A stretch of 49,796 bases of DNA from Pseudomonas phage TC6. Under the pieces are notes generated by a model, which was not told where the DNA came from, did no database searches, and saw only the letters and a list, made by a program, of their open reading frames with translations. Made by a program: the position numbers and the translations under genes. Below, in pieces: positions 39,229 to 47,452 of this stretch (its first letter is position 1; each line of letters opens with the position of its first letter). The stretch lies in sequence record MG676466.1. One strand, written 5' to 3'.

Positions 39229-40072
39229 AATCCCCTAGGAAGCCCTTTTCGGCCAGTACAAATCCAGGCGGCATAGGGATTTTGTTTTTACCAAGGAGAT
39301 ATGCTAGGTTTCTTTCATCAGGTTTAGCTGATACGCCGAGTGACCGAACAGTGTCGTCATATTCCTCATTGTAAGCAGGCTTACCCTCAAGGAGTTTTTT
39401 GATGCCAAGCACAGTATTTTTAAATACCCACTTCATAAGTGCTTTATCTTTCAACCAAGCGTTGGACAACACTCGATACTCAACACCATACGGCTTAGGA
39501 CGGAATGCTCCCATAGCACCATAAAGAGTACGACGCTTCACTTGCTTATCATAAAGAAGGCTGGGCAACCCAAGGTAATAGTCAAGCTGTTTTGCTGCCA
39601 TGCAGCACGCCTCAATGTGGTCAGGATCACTGATATCAATGTCATTTCCCCAACCAATGTGTACGTGACCAGCACCAGTACGGAAGTCTACTTCAGCATT
39701 GGGGCGAGGATTAGCTGCACCGTTTTCATAAGCGTTGAAGTCAGGCTCGCACCCAAGTTCTTTCGCTTCGTCAGGTTGGCCTTTGATATAATCGAAACCG
39801 AATTCAGCAACCGGAGATGGGTTCAATTCGAACCCAGGTACCATACCCTTAAGGGTGGACATTACCGTAGTTAGGTTGCGTACAAATTCTTTCTCATCTT
39901 TAGCCGGATCAATGTTGAACTCAAGCGCCATGCCATCTACTTGGACAGCACCCTTGTCAACCTTGAAAGGTTCTTTCTTGTTGCCAGGAATGGCACCATG
40001 CGCTGATACGAATTTGCCGTCCTTCATCATGAAGATTTCCGGGTCAGCGCCAACCAGAATATTCAGACTCAT
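39209..40072 (-). CDS. carboxylate-amine ligase, GCS2/YbdK-like (second amidoligase)
   Basis: VGADPEIF, MALEFNIDP and TGAGHVHIGW motifs resemble the glutamate-cysteine-ligase-2 / GS-like fold. Confidence 0.5.
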   Translation of the reverse strand: MSLNILVGADPEIFMMKDGKFVSAHGAIPGNKKEPFKVDKGAVQVDGMALEFNIDPAKDEKEFVRNLTTVMSTLKGMVPGFELNPSPVAEFGFDYIKGQPDEAKELGCEPDFNAYENGAANPRPNAEVDFRTGAGHVHIGWGNDIDISDPDHIEACCMAAKQLDYYLGLPSLLYDKQVKRRTLYGAMGAFRPKPYGVEYRVLSNAWLKDKALMKWVFKNTVLGIKKLLEGKPAYNEEYDDTVRSLGVSAKPDERNLAYLLGKNKIPMPPGFVLAEKGFLGDYVIKQV

Positions 40073-40081
40073 ATCGTTTAC

Positions 40082-41395
40082 CTATGCTTGTTTAAGATAT
40101 TGTTTAACGTCAGGAAACTCTTTACAACTACCGCAAACAAAATTGTGCTTGTCCAACCACAACAAATCGTTAGCATCACTTTCATCTACGGGACTACTAC
40201 ACCATGAACAACATTTTTCTGTGCGTTGTTCATATACAACCCTACTAACAACTTCACCACCATATACAACAAATGTCTCAGGTGGAGTGTCGTCAGCAGT
40301 ATTACCAAGCTCAATAATCTCTTCGACTGTACGGAGATCAATGGTCAAATAGCCTTTTTCAGAGCTACTATACGACTTAACATGAGCCTTAAAGAAGTTA
40401 GAAGAGTTAAGCATCTTGTGCCAAAGCTCGCTACCTTCTCCAGCGTAACAACGAATGGAGACTAGGTCGTTGTCACATGCCCAGCATTGCAGGAACTTTT
40501 GGTTGTAGTTATTAGTTGAAACCTTATCGACGTAGAAGTCGCATGATTTTCCTACAAACCTTTGATACTCCGCAAATCCCGCTGCTGGCGTGGACTTTCC
40601 CACATTGGTGGCTGCCGAAAAGACGTTATTAGCAGCCGTAGAGGTAGTAGACGCCACTACGGCTTTCTGAAAATTTTGACGAAGCTCCAGTTTCCTAGTG
40701 CGACATTTTTCCAGAGGCTTATATTGATATGGGGAGCCGAGGGGAATGTCAAAGCTGAAGTGGATGCCAATGGGTACAGAGAAAATTTCTCCAAACTTCT
40801 GGCCAGCCATGCCACAAGCAACTTCAATCATCCAATCTTCACTAGCCCAAATAATCGCTTTACGATCTTCGGTGAAACAGTAGTAGAGGGGTCGCTCACT
40901 GTTACGAATGAAGTTAATAGTGCTCTCTTCCTTGTTATACCAAGTGAGTGCGAATGCACCATCTAGAACTTTGACAGTTTCTGCTACACCATTACGCTCC
41001 ATGTGATGGTATAGGTTCTCACTGTCCACTTCAAACTGAGTGTTATCGTCCAGATCACGAACAGAACGAAGAGTTCCGTTATGGGCACCTACTAGCGTAT
41101 CAAAATCGAAGGGGTGGGCGTTCTTAGCAGAGATTTTACCTTTGGTTGCCCAACGGTTATGCCCCAGCAGGACATTGAAAGAACCACCCTTAAGGTACTC
41201 TTCAAAGTCTTTACTGTCGAACAGCCCCTCCCAAGGAGTACCAAGCTTCTTGACAACTTTATTGTCGCCATTAGTACGCACCATAGCTACACCAGTGCTA
41301 TGAGGGCCACGTACAGTGTCAAGTTGAAGAAGACAGCGGAAAGTTTTTTCCAAGTTAAACGTAACAGCGCCTGCAACACCGACGAGTCCACACAA
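40082..41395 (-). CDS. class II (Ntn) glutamine amidotransferase domain protein with Cys-rich C-terminal domain; TTG start
   Basis: Begins M-CGLVG (N-terminal nucleophile Cys) with GHNRWATKG...NAHPF. C-terminal half has CWACDN and CCSWCS...CGSC clusters. GGAGGT lies 5 nt upstream of the TTG. Confidence 0.65.
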   Translation of the reverse strand: MCGLVGVAGAVTFNLEKTFRCLLQLDTVRGPHSTGVAMVRTNGDNKVVKKLGTPWEGLFDSKDFEEYLKGGSFNVLLGHNRWATKGKISAKNAHPFDFDTLVGAHNGTLRSVRDLDDNTQFEVDSENLYHHMERNGVAETVKVLDGAFALTWYNKEESTINFIRNSERPLYYCFTEDRKAIIWASEDWMIEVACGMAGQKFGEIFSVPIGIHFSFDIPLGSPYQYKPLEKCRTRKLELRQNFQKAVVASTTSTAANNVFSAATNVGKSTPAAGFAEYQRFVGKSCDFYVDKVSTNNYNQKFLQCWACDNDLVSIRCYAGEGSELWHKMLNSSNFFKAHVKSYSSSEKGYLTIDLRTVEEIIELGNTADDTPPETFVVYGGEVVSRVVYEQRTEKCCSWCSSPVDESDANDLLWLDKHNFVCGSCKEFPDVKQYLKQA

Positions 41396-41400
41396 ATTGC

Positions 41401-41455
41401 ACCTCCAAAAATTTTTCTAAAGTAAATGTCGGCCATTGGCCATTGCATTATTCGA
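41401..41455 (-). promoter_or_regulatory. conserved promoter/leader element copy A
   Basis: Minus-sense sequence TCGAATAATGCAATGGCCAATGGCCGACATTTACTTTAGAAAAATTTTTGGAGGTG. Confidence 0.45.
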
Positions 41456-41948
41456 CATGTTTTCTGTAGCCTGCGTCGTACAGGATTTCGCAGAAGCGTT
41501 TAAGCGTCGTCGACCAGTGGAAGCTATCGAAGGCACCGAGCATCTCGCTGATTGCCTTTTCACGCCCCTCGGCGGCGATCTGTTCAGCGGTGCGGATGGG
41601 GCGCACGCCGTGCCCATTGCGAGGGTAATACTTCCCCTTGTGGCTGATAACAGCGAACACGCCATCATGACCAATGACGCGACCTTTCGCCCAGCCGATA
41701 CTGCCCAGGTTCAGCGAGAACTCACACTCGATGCCAACGGGCGGCAGGCCCTGGCCGTCCCAGGACTCTTGCGGAATAGGTACGTAATAGTCAGGCATGA
41801 ATCCTTTGTCGAAACTGTTGACCATGAACCATTTGCCTTTGTAGTGTTCATACGCAACAGTACCTTCGATTTTTCGCCAAGGATTTATGTCATCGTGTAT
41901 GTGGTAGTGCGTCGCACCATCTGGTGCCTTGCTCCAGTCAATGCTCAT
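41448..41948 (-). CDS. hypothetical protein
   Basis: 166 aa Trp/Tyr-rich ORF. Confidence 0.4.
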   Translation of the reverse strand: MSIDWSKAPDGATHYHIHDDINPWRKIEGTVAYEHYKGKWFMVNSFDKGFMPDYYVPIPQESWDGQGLPPVGIECEFSLNLGSIGWAKGRVIGHDGVFAVISHKGKYYPRNGHGVRPIRTAEQIAAEGREKAISEMLGAFDSFHWSTTLKRFCEILYDAGYRKHVE

Positions 41949-41959
41949 GTTGTGTCCTT

Positions 41960-42148
41960 TTATTTAAATGGTCTGTCGCCGAATTTACTCAGATAAATTT
42001 CTAATGCAGCATCAGCTTCGGTCTGAGCTGTTTGGTTTTTAAAACCATTTTGCTTAGAAGCAATAAAGTTTGCCTTCCAAAATTCTCTTTTATCTAACTC
42101 AAACGCGACACGTGCTCGTCTCTCTTGCTCTTCATCCGTCCGACTCAT
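41960..42148 (-). CDS. small hypothetical protein
   Basis: 62 aa charged ORF. Confidence 0.3.
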   Translation of the reverse strand: MSRTDEEQERRARVAFELDKREFWKANFIASKQNGFKNQTAQTEADAALEIYLSKFGDRPFK

Positions 42149-42771
42149 GCTTTTAATCCCAGATAACGATTAAGCAATTCAAAATAGTAGTCACGAGTGC
42201 TGTCAGCGTTATAAGACTCTGGGTGTGGCTGGAAGCACAAAGACTTGGTGTTGTCGTAATACACTACCTCTACATCTGCCTCATTAGCCAAGAATACGCT
42301 ATCATAGCTTTCCTTAACTTTAGACTCATAGGCAACAGCAATGATTTCTCCATTGTAACCTGGAATCATCATTTGATGGTGAGTGGAAGTTACTGAAAGT
42401 TGTTCACCAGAGAATCTGTCTTCGAGGTCATGTTCCCTACCTTTCGCATGGCCGTTAACATGTTGGTACATCTTACCACCATTCATGACATTAAGAAACT
42501 GGCCACCACGACAAATGCCTGCCATACGAATTTTGTTTCGCTGGGCAAAGGCAAAGTAACCTGCCTCTTCCAAGTCACGTCTTTCATTGTGATAGGTCTT
42601 TGGATGGACGCCTTCACCATACAACATAGGTGTTACATCTTCACCTCCAGTAAATTGGATTAGGTCTGCTGTGAAGAAGTCTTTAATGCTACCTACTTCC
42701 CAACCCATGCGCTTAAACATCTCAGCGTACTGGCCATTCCCGTTGATAATAACTACTTTAGGCACGTCCAA
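42145..42771 (-). CDS. class I glutamine amidotransferase-like / peptidase C26 (gamma-glutamyl hydrolase-like)
   Basis: GICRGGQFLNV nucleophile elbow and CFQPHPE His-Glu region. Confidence 0.55.
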   Translation of the reverse strand: MDVPKVVIINGNGQYAEMFKRMGWEVGSIKDFFTADLIQFTGGEDVTPMLYGEGVHPKTYHNERRDLEEAGYFAFAQRNKIRMAGICRGGQFLNVMNGGKMYQHVNGHAKGREHDLEDRFSGEQLSVTSTHHQMMIPGYNGEIIAVAYESKVKESYDSVFLANEADVEVVYYDNTKSLCFQPHPESYNADSTRDYYFELLNRYLGLKA

Positions 42772-43690
42772 TCTCCTTCATAATTTCATGTTCGAAAGCT
42801 GCCATAGCTTCAATACCCTTCCAATATGAGACGGAGCCGCCCCCTTCTTTGGGCTTAGCTTTCTGAAACGGATTGACGCCTTTGTCGGCCTCAGCTTTCA
42901 CTTTAAAGTTGGCATCTAGCCACTGGCCCATATTATTTCGTGGCTCTATCATTCCCCAACCATTACCTTGCTTATTTTTATGCAGATACATCCTATCGTA
43001 ATAATTATACTGTACACACTCAGAGTATGGCTCATTTGGGGTTGTGACTTTGTGATCAAGCCATGCACACAAAGCTTCTTTATCAAAGAAGTGTGGGTTC
43101 ATAGAGCAATGACCACTGTGGCAAGTCAAGAAATTAATATTGCCTGCCCTATTCGCCCTTGCTTGGCTCTTATGAGCCACCCAAAAAGCCAAGTCTTCAT
43201 TCATACCAGCATGCACCAAGTCATGCCACACGATTAGAATGTGATTGGCTTCCCACAAACGACGAGAAGCTACCAGTCCAGCGGCCAACAGATTAGAGGG
43301 AGCACTACTGTCTGCAATGATACAACTATTTTTAATAGCGTCTTTAGCAGACTTAGTAACAAACACCTTACTGTATGGGCTTCGATTAAGAAGCCAATCT
43401 AGATAGGCTTCTCCCTCTTTAGTATTGAGTAGGTTGCCTATATATTTAGGTTGGAGACCGCTAATCACCGCAATCGAATTAGTCGGCAAACTCTTCAAGC
43501 CAAAGTGGCAAACTTGGTTTGTACTCACTTGCAAGTGATCTTTGTACGCATGATTTTTGTACACAGCGCCAACACTTGCCATGTACGCTGCGCATAATTT
43601 GTAATGGCCATCAACTTTCCCCTTGCCGAGTAGAATTTTCTTAAATACTTTCCTGGCTTTTAACGCAATGAGGTAGTGTTCCCGTTTCAT
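42758..43690 (-). CDS. hypothetical protein
   Basis: 310 aa with His-rich motifs (HDLVHAG, CHSGHC). Confidence 0.4.
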   Translation of the reverse strand: MKREHYLIALKARKVFKKILLGKGKVDGHYKLCAAYMASVGAVYKNHAYKDHLQVSTNQVCHFGLKSLPTNSIAVISGLQPKYIGNLLNTKEGEAYLDWLLNRSPYSKVFVTKSAKDAIKNSCIIADSSAPSNLLAAGLVASRRLWEANHILIVWHDLVHAGMNEDLAFWVAHKSQARANRAGNINFLTCHSGHCSMNPHFFDKEALCAWLDHKVTTPNEPYSECVQYNYYDRMYLHKNKQGNGWGMIEPRNNMGQWLDANFKVKAEADKGVNPFQKAKPKEGGGSVSYWKGIEAMAAFEHEIMKEIGRA

Positions 43691-43691
43691 A

Positions 43692-43922
43692 CTACTTCCC
43701 TTTCCAAATAGTCTTCAGTTCTTTATAAACTTTACGAGCACAGTTCTCATCAAGCTTGATGGTGGCCATTTGAATGACAGTCATCTTCTTAGTGCCATCA
43801 TCATTCAACTTACCAGTCCAAACTTCCTTGGGCTTGTGCAACTTGCTAGTGTAAGTTGTTTGAGTGGCAAAGGTATCGTTGTATGCAATCTTACGGAAAA
43901 GTTTAGCTTTGGTGTTACGCAT
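43692..43922 (-). CDS. small hypothetical protein
   Basis: 76 aa ORF. Confidence 0.35.
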   Translation of the reverse strand: MRNTKAKLFRKIAYNDTFATQTTYTSKLHKPKEVWTGKLNDDGTKKMTVIQMATIKLDENCARKVYKELKTIWKGK

Positions 43923-44089
43923 TATTTGAGTTCCTCAATTTTAGTTTCAGACGGGTCTTCATAACGCCAGCCATCAGCCTCAGCATTAAGCAAAGCAATC
44001 TTGTAGGCATGGTCTTTGTTGTGTGCATAGACACGGGTGTTGTAGTCTGGTTGAAGTAGCCAGACAAACTTAACTTGATATTGTTTCAT
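43922..44089 (-). CDS. small hypothetical protein (55 aa, not in ORF track)
   Basis: ORF MKQYQVKFVWLLQPDYNTRVYAHNKDHAYKIALLNAEADGWRYEDPSETKIEELK. Its stop overlaps the downstream ATG (TAATG). Coordinates are approximate. Confidence 0.3.
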   Translation of the reverse strand: MKQYQVKFVWLLQPDYNTRVYAHNKDHAYKIALLNAEADGWRYEDPSETKIEELK

Positions 44090-44335
44090 TTCTATTTCCT
44101 TACATCTATCCTAAGACATTACCAATAGATTTAACCGAGGATGAGATTGACAATTGCTACTTCCACCACAAGCTCGAAGAAACCGAACCAGCCAATCAAG
44201 CAAATCTCTTGTCTGTCCATCTTCCAACCATGGCGGATAAGACCAGTGAGGATGAGCATGTTACACCTTCCAGTCCTTGCGCTTCTGCGCAATGTAGGGG
44301 CCAATGACGAAGACACACACGAGGGCGATCATGGC

Positions 44336-44602
44336 TTACCTCCCCTTGATAGTATAGTAGATCGCTTGGGCGAACAGCTTCACACCAAAATGTACGATGT
44401 AGACGGCAGCCCCAAATAAAATTAGTGGTACTGTCACCGGCCACAACCCACCTATCAATATGGCGTGCTGGTCAGTGAACCAATCATTATCGTCTACGAG
44501 AGCCATAGCCATAGCTCCAGTTAAGAACGCCATAAGAACGTAGATGAGGGCACACATTAGGAAAAAGAATGCTATAGCTGCTACGTAGATTGCTTCGTTC
44601 AC
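44336..44602 (-). CDS. small membrane protein
   Basis: Three hydrophobic segments. Confidence 0.45.
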   Translation of the reverse strand: MNEAIYVAAIAFFFLMCALIYVLMAFLTGAMAMALVDDNDWFTDQHAILIGGLWPVTVPLILFGAAVYIVHFGVKLFAQAIYYTIKGR

Positions 44603-44622
44603 GAGTCACCTCTTTAATTAAT

Positions 44623-44705
44623 TGGCGCAGGAGGCGGGGTTCGAACCCGCATTTTCAGCTCCAATTACCCTTATCAATTTAGAAGACTGATGGGGCTACT
44701 CCCGC
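44623..44705 (-). other. tRNA-like element (acceptor stem + T-arm + encoded CCA), non-canonical D/anticodon region
   Basis: Minus-sense GCGGGAG...GCGGG-TTCGAAC-CCCGC-CTCCTGC-G-CCA. The T-arm has a perfect 5 bp stem with a TTCGAAC loop. A 7 bp acceptor stem (one G-U) is followed by a discriminator and CCA. The middle 46 nt do not fold into a canonical D or anticodon arm. Confidence 0.3.
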
Positions 44706-45131
44706 ACGACCTTTAAATCCACCCTTTGACCTTGTGAATTTAGCATTACAAGACCTAGAGCAGAAAAGATTCTTCTTGCCAGCTACTTGATTGGCCCATT
44801 TTCTAAATTCACAACTACAAAAAGCACATGACACCACTAAAGACTTTCTTTCTTTTCTATCAAAACATGTCTTCTTCATATGGTCTGACTTGCTAAGTAC
44901 TTGTAAGTTTTCTAACGAGTCGTTAGTCTTATCTCCATCTATGTGGTCAACTTCTTCAGACTTATCTAGTAGCCGCGCTAAGTGCACTGATACCACATAC
45001 TTAGCGTAGGATATTGTTGTTCTATCTTTGTTTGAGTTAAATAGGTCAACCCTTGCTCTGTCGTCCTTACATTTTCTGACATACCCATATTTATAAAGTT
45101 CTTTGTACGGGCTTTGTAATTCTATCTTCAT
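44679..45131 (-). CDS. HNH homing endonuclease
   Basis: VDHIDGDKTNDSLENLQVLSKSDH HNH motif with a C-terminal Cys cluster. Its last 9 codons read into the tRNA-like element. Confidence 0.7.
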   Translation of the reverse strand: MKIELQSPYKELYKYGYVRKCKDDRARVDLFNSNKDRTTISYAKYVVSVHLARLLDKSEEVDHIDGDKTNDSLENLQVLSKSDHMKKTCFDRKERKSLVVSCAFCSCEFRKWANQVAGKKNLFCSRSCNAKFTRSKGGFKGRAGVAPSVF

Positions 45132-45210
45132 AATTCCTCCAGTAGTTAATGTTAAGAGTACCTCTTACCGACGACACCCACATTAACTATTACAAGAATT
45201 ATTAGTTTTT

Positions 45211-45247
45211 CTCCTGCTCTATCCAATTGAGCTAACGGAACTTAATA
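45211..45247 (-). other. tRNA D-arm-like fragment
   Basis: Minus-sense GTTCCGT-TA-GCTC-AATTGGATA-GAGC-A is a textbook D-arm (U8, A14, G18G19, A21). No matching T-arm or acceptor partner is adjacent. Confidence 0.3.
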
Positions 45248-45529
45248 TTTGCTGATATTGTCCCAATATACATGGCCCTCTTCAGTTTCGTCCCAAATAA
45301 AGGCATTATCAATGTTGATACTTCCAGGGTCCTCATCTACAATCCAACCCTCACCATGATAAGTGGCGGTCTTCAAGTCTTCTTTCCTTTTAATCCATTG
45401 CTTTTCACAATTGACTCGAAGTTTTTCTAACACCTCTTGTTTTACCTCTTCGCCGAGACCAAAACAATAGCGTTCCACTTGTCTTGCTGCCTCAGTGAAC
45501 ATAAGAAAGTCCATGTTAAGTTTAAGCAT
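45242..45529 (-). CDS. hypothetical protein
   Basis: 95 aa ORF. Confidence 0.4.
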   Translation of the reverse strand: MLKLNMDFLMFTEAARQVERYCFGLGEEVKQEVLEKLRVNCEKQWIKRKEDLKTATYHGEGWIVDEDPGSINIDNAFIWDETEEGHVYWDNISKY

Positions 45530-45599
45530 GCCCCTATAACCTCCAGATTTGACGTATAACGCACGTTTGACCTATACCCTAGGCCACCCTACAGGGTAG

Positions 45600-45974
45600 T
45601 TAGATAACAGGCCTGTAGGCCATAATATCTAGGTTTACACCTATATGGTCCCAATAAAGAGCATTGCCATCCGCCTTTATCCCAAGTTCCCAGAATGTTC
45701 CATTGCGAAACCTAACTTCAAATCTATCTCCAGGTTTGCCAGGGTGCTTACCGCCACGATGGCGAATCCAAGACACTCGGTAGGCTACAATATCTCCCTC
45801 ATCATTGAGATGAGACCATACATTGTGGTTAAAATCTAACCAAACAATTCTCATAGAAGTCTTATAACCATCCCTGTAGATAACATCTACTTTAGTTCCA
45901 TAAGGAACAGGACATTCACCGCCGTTCCATTCAATCCATTCATTGCCGGGGCGAGCTTTAGGAAGCTTCAACAT
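45600..45974 (-). CDS. hypothetical protein
   Basis: Start refined to MLKLPKARPG with RBS GAGGGT. Preceded by motif copy B. Confidence 0.45.
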   Translation of the reverse strand: MLKLPKARPGNEWIEWNGGECPVPYGTKVDVIYRDGYKTSMRIVWLDFNHNVWSHLNDEGDIVAYRVSWIRHRGGKHPGKPGDRFEVRFRNGTFWELGIKADGNALYWDHIGVNLDIMAYRPVI

Positions 45975-45980
45975 GATTAT

Positions 45981-46035
45981 ACCCTCGAAAATTTTTCTAA
46001 TATAAAAGCCAGCCATTGCCCATTGCATTATTCGA
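45981..46035 (-). promoter_or_regulatory. conserved promoter/leader element copy B
   Basis: Minus-sense sequence TCGAATAATGCAATGGGCAATGGCTGGCTTTTATATTAGAAAAATTTTCGAGGGT. Confidence 0.45.
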
Positions 46036-46296
46036 GCTTAGCTGGCTAGGTCTGCCATTTTGCAGACAATAAAAATAGCGTACACTACTATGAGCATACG
46101 CATAAAGAAAACATCACTGTTCATTGACCTAGCCCGTCCTTGAAACCGCGCCAGTAATACGTCTTCAATTCCTCAGTGAGCGAACAAACGTAATTCAACG
46201 AATCAGTGAGAATTCGTTTGCCTAATGACTTTTCTACCACATGGTAGAACCCCATCTCATACGCCGACAACTCTTGTTCTTCCCTACTAGCTATCA

Positions 46297-46488
46297 TCAC
46301 CGCCAGTCCCTCCCCTCAATATGAGTGACTACTTCGTGTAGTTGTGGTGCAAACTCATGCTTACCATTACGCCACACAAGAGTAGTCAACATCTCTATGT
46401 GCTTGATAGCTACGGTTAACGTCCCTTGTCCTGTGATGACACGGTATTGGACGTTATCGTCCCCAATAGTCACTGCCTGTACGCTCAT
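46297..46488 (-). CDS. hypothetical protein
   Basis: About 63 aa. Could start at an ATG or the upstream GTG. Confidence 0.3.
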   Translation of the reverse strand: MSVQAVTIGDDNVQYRVITGQGTLTVAIKHIEMLTTLVWRNGKHEFAPQLHEVVTHIEGRDWR

Positions 46489-46496
46489 AATCACGC

Positions 46497-46631
46497 TCCA
46501 ATTTAGGAGAAACGACTTTATTTTAAGTAGTATACTAACGTATAACTATTAGTATATATATACTAAGAGGGAGGAGTTGGGGTACGAAGTAAACCAACCA
46601 ACTACGACCCTTAGTAATAATATATAATATA
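46497..46631. promoter_or_regulatory. AT-rich region with 16-nt perfect palindrome tagtatatatatacta and agtata repeats
   Basis: About 75% AT intergenic region with iteron-like repeats. A candidate origin or promoter cluster. Confidence 0.4.
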
Positions 46632-47177
46632 TTAAGCAGCTTCCTCGACAACAGGCTCTTCAATGATTGCTTCGAAGTTACACAACTTCAATACGGCTTG
46701 GATAGTAGCATCGTTAACTTTGAAGTTAACTTTCTCTTGATCTTCCTGCGTAAGGCCAGCCACTTTCTCTTTCATGGCGTTATGATCTTTAATTACTTTT
46801 TGCAAGGCTGCCTCAAGATCAAACCCCTTGAAAGGAGATTTAACTTTGAGTGACCACCACATAGTGGCCTTAGCTTCTTCGAAGCGTTGTTCAATGTAAT
46901 CCTTGCCGGACCAGCCGATGAATCCATTGTCATCAGTGCTCAGGCCACCGTACAACTTGAACCATTCGACAAGGGCAGCACCATTAACAGTGTTACCCAA
47001 CCCATCGACGAGCTTCTGAGCGTAGGTCCAATCACCATGCTTGTGAGCGTGCATGATGGTTGCCACTGCCGCAATCTGTACGAGCACCCGTGCCTTTTGT
47101 ACAGACTTGATGGCGGTGGCTTGAATCTTCTCCAGTTCAGCAGCATCTTTAGCGGTGACGTATTTGATAGCTTTCAT
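46632..47177 (-). CDS. hypothetical protein
   Basis: 181 aa ORF with its RBS in the upstream GC-rich spacer. Confidence 0.5.
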   Translation of the reverse strand: MKAIKYVTAKDAAELEKIQATAIKSVQKARVLVQIAAVATIMHAHKHGDWTYAQKLVDGLGNTVNGAALVEWFKLYGGLSTDDNGFIGWSGKDYIEQRFEEAKATMWWSLKVKSPFKGFDLEAALQKVIKDHNAMKEKVAGLTQEDQEKVNFKVNDATIQAVLKLCNFEAIIEEPVVEEAA

Positions 47178-47187
47178 TTCACTACTC

Positions 47188-47442
47188 CTACAAACTCAAG
47201 GGTTTTACGGTTGAAGCGTAGAATACGGGCAGGGAGAGGCGCTGCGGTGTCACGTCAAACGTGACCGGCGCATTTTCGCAGGGCGAGAAAATGATTCGCG
47301 CCCAATGCAAACCGCGTCCGTATTTTTCGTAGGCGGCGTATGCGAGTTCGAACGTTTCGAATGAATCGCAGTAATCGCAATCTTCGAAAATGTCGTCGCC
47401 GTCATATTCGAATTTGCCAGCCTCTACGTGAAACTTGAGCAT
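47188..47442 (-). CDS. hypothetical acidic protein
   Basis: 84 aa ORF with Cys pairs (CDYCD) in a moderately GC-rich stretch. Confidence 0.35.
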   Translation of the reverse strand: MLKFHVEAGKFEYDGDDIFEDCDYCDSFETFELAYAAYEKYGRGLHWARIIFSPCENAPVTFDVTPQRLSLPVFYASTVKPLSL

Positions 47443-47452
47443 TGTTTGATCC

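Noticed and set aside
41420-41455. Possible sigma-54 (-24/-12) promoter in the conserved element (TGGCCATTGCATT)
   Set aside because: Spacing between the GG and GC dinucleotides is about 5 nt instead of the required 10, and one copy lacks GG altogether. The -10-like TAATGCAAT reading fits better.
44606-44660. Rho-independent terminator at the palindrome gcgggGTTCGAAcccgc
   Set aside because: The T-run follows only on the plus strand, where there is no transcript, since the genes here are on the minus strand. The tRNA T-arm explanation accounts for the palindrome better, so a terminator was not called.
44623-44705. Calling the element a bona fide functional tRNA gene
   Set aside because: Only the acceptor stem, T-arm and CCA fit. 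There is no foldable D-arm (no G18G19, no stem partner) and only a weak anticodon stem. The result is 80 nt with anticodon AAG at best. It is reported as tRNA-like, not as a tRNA.
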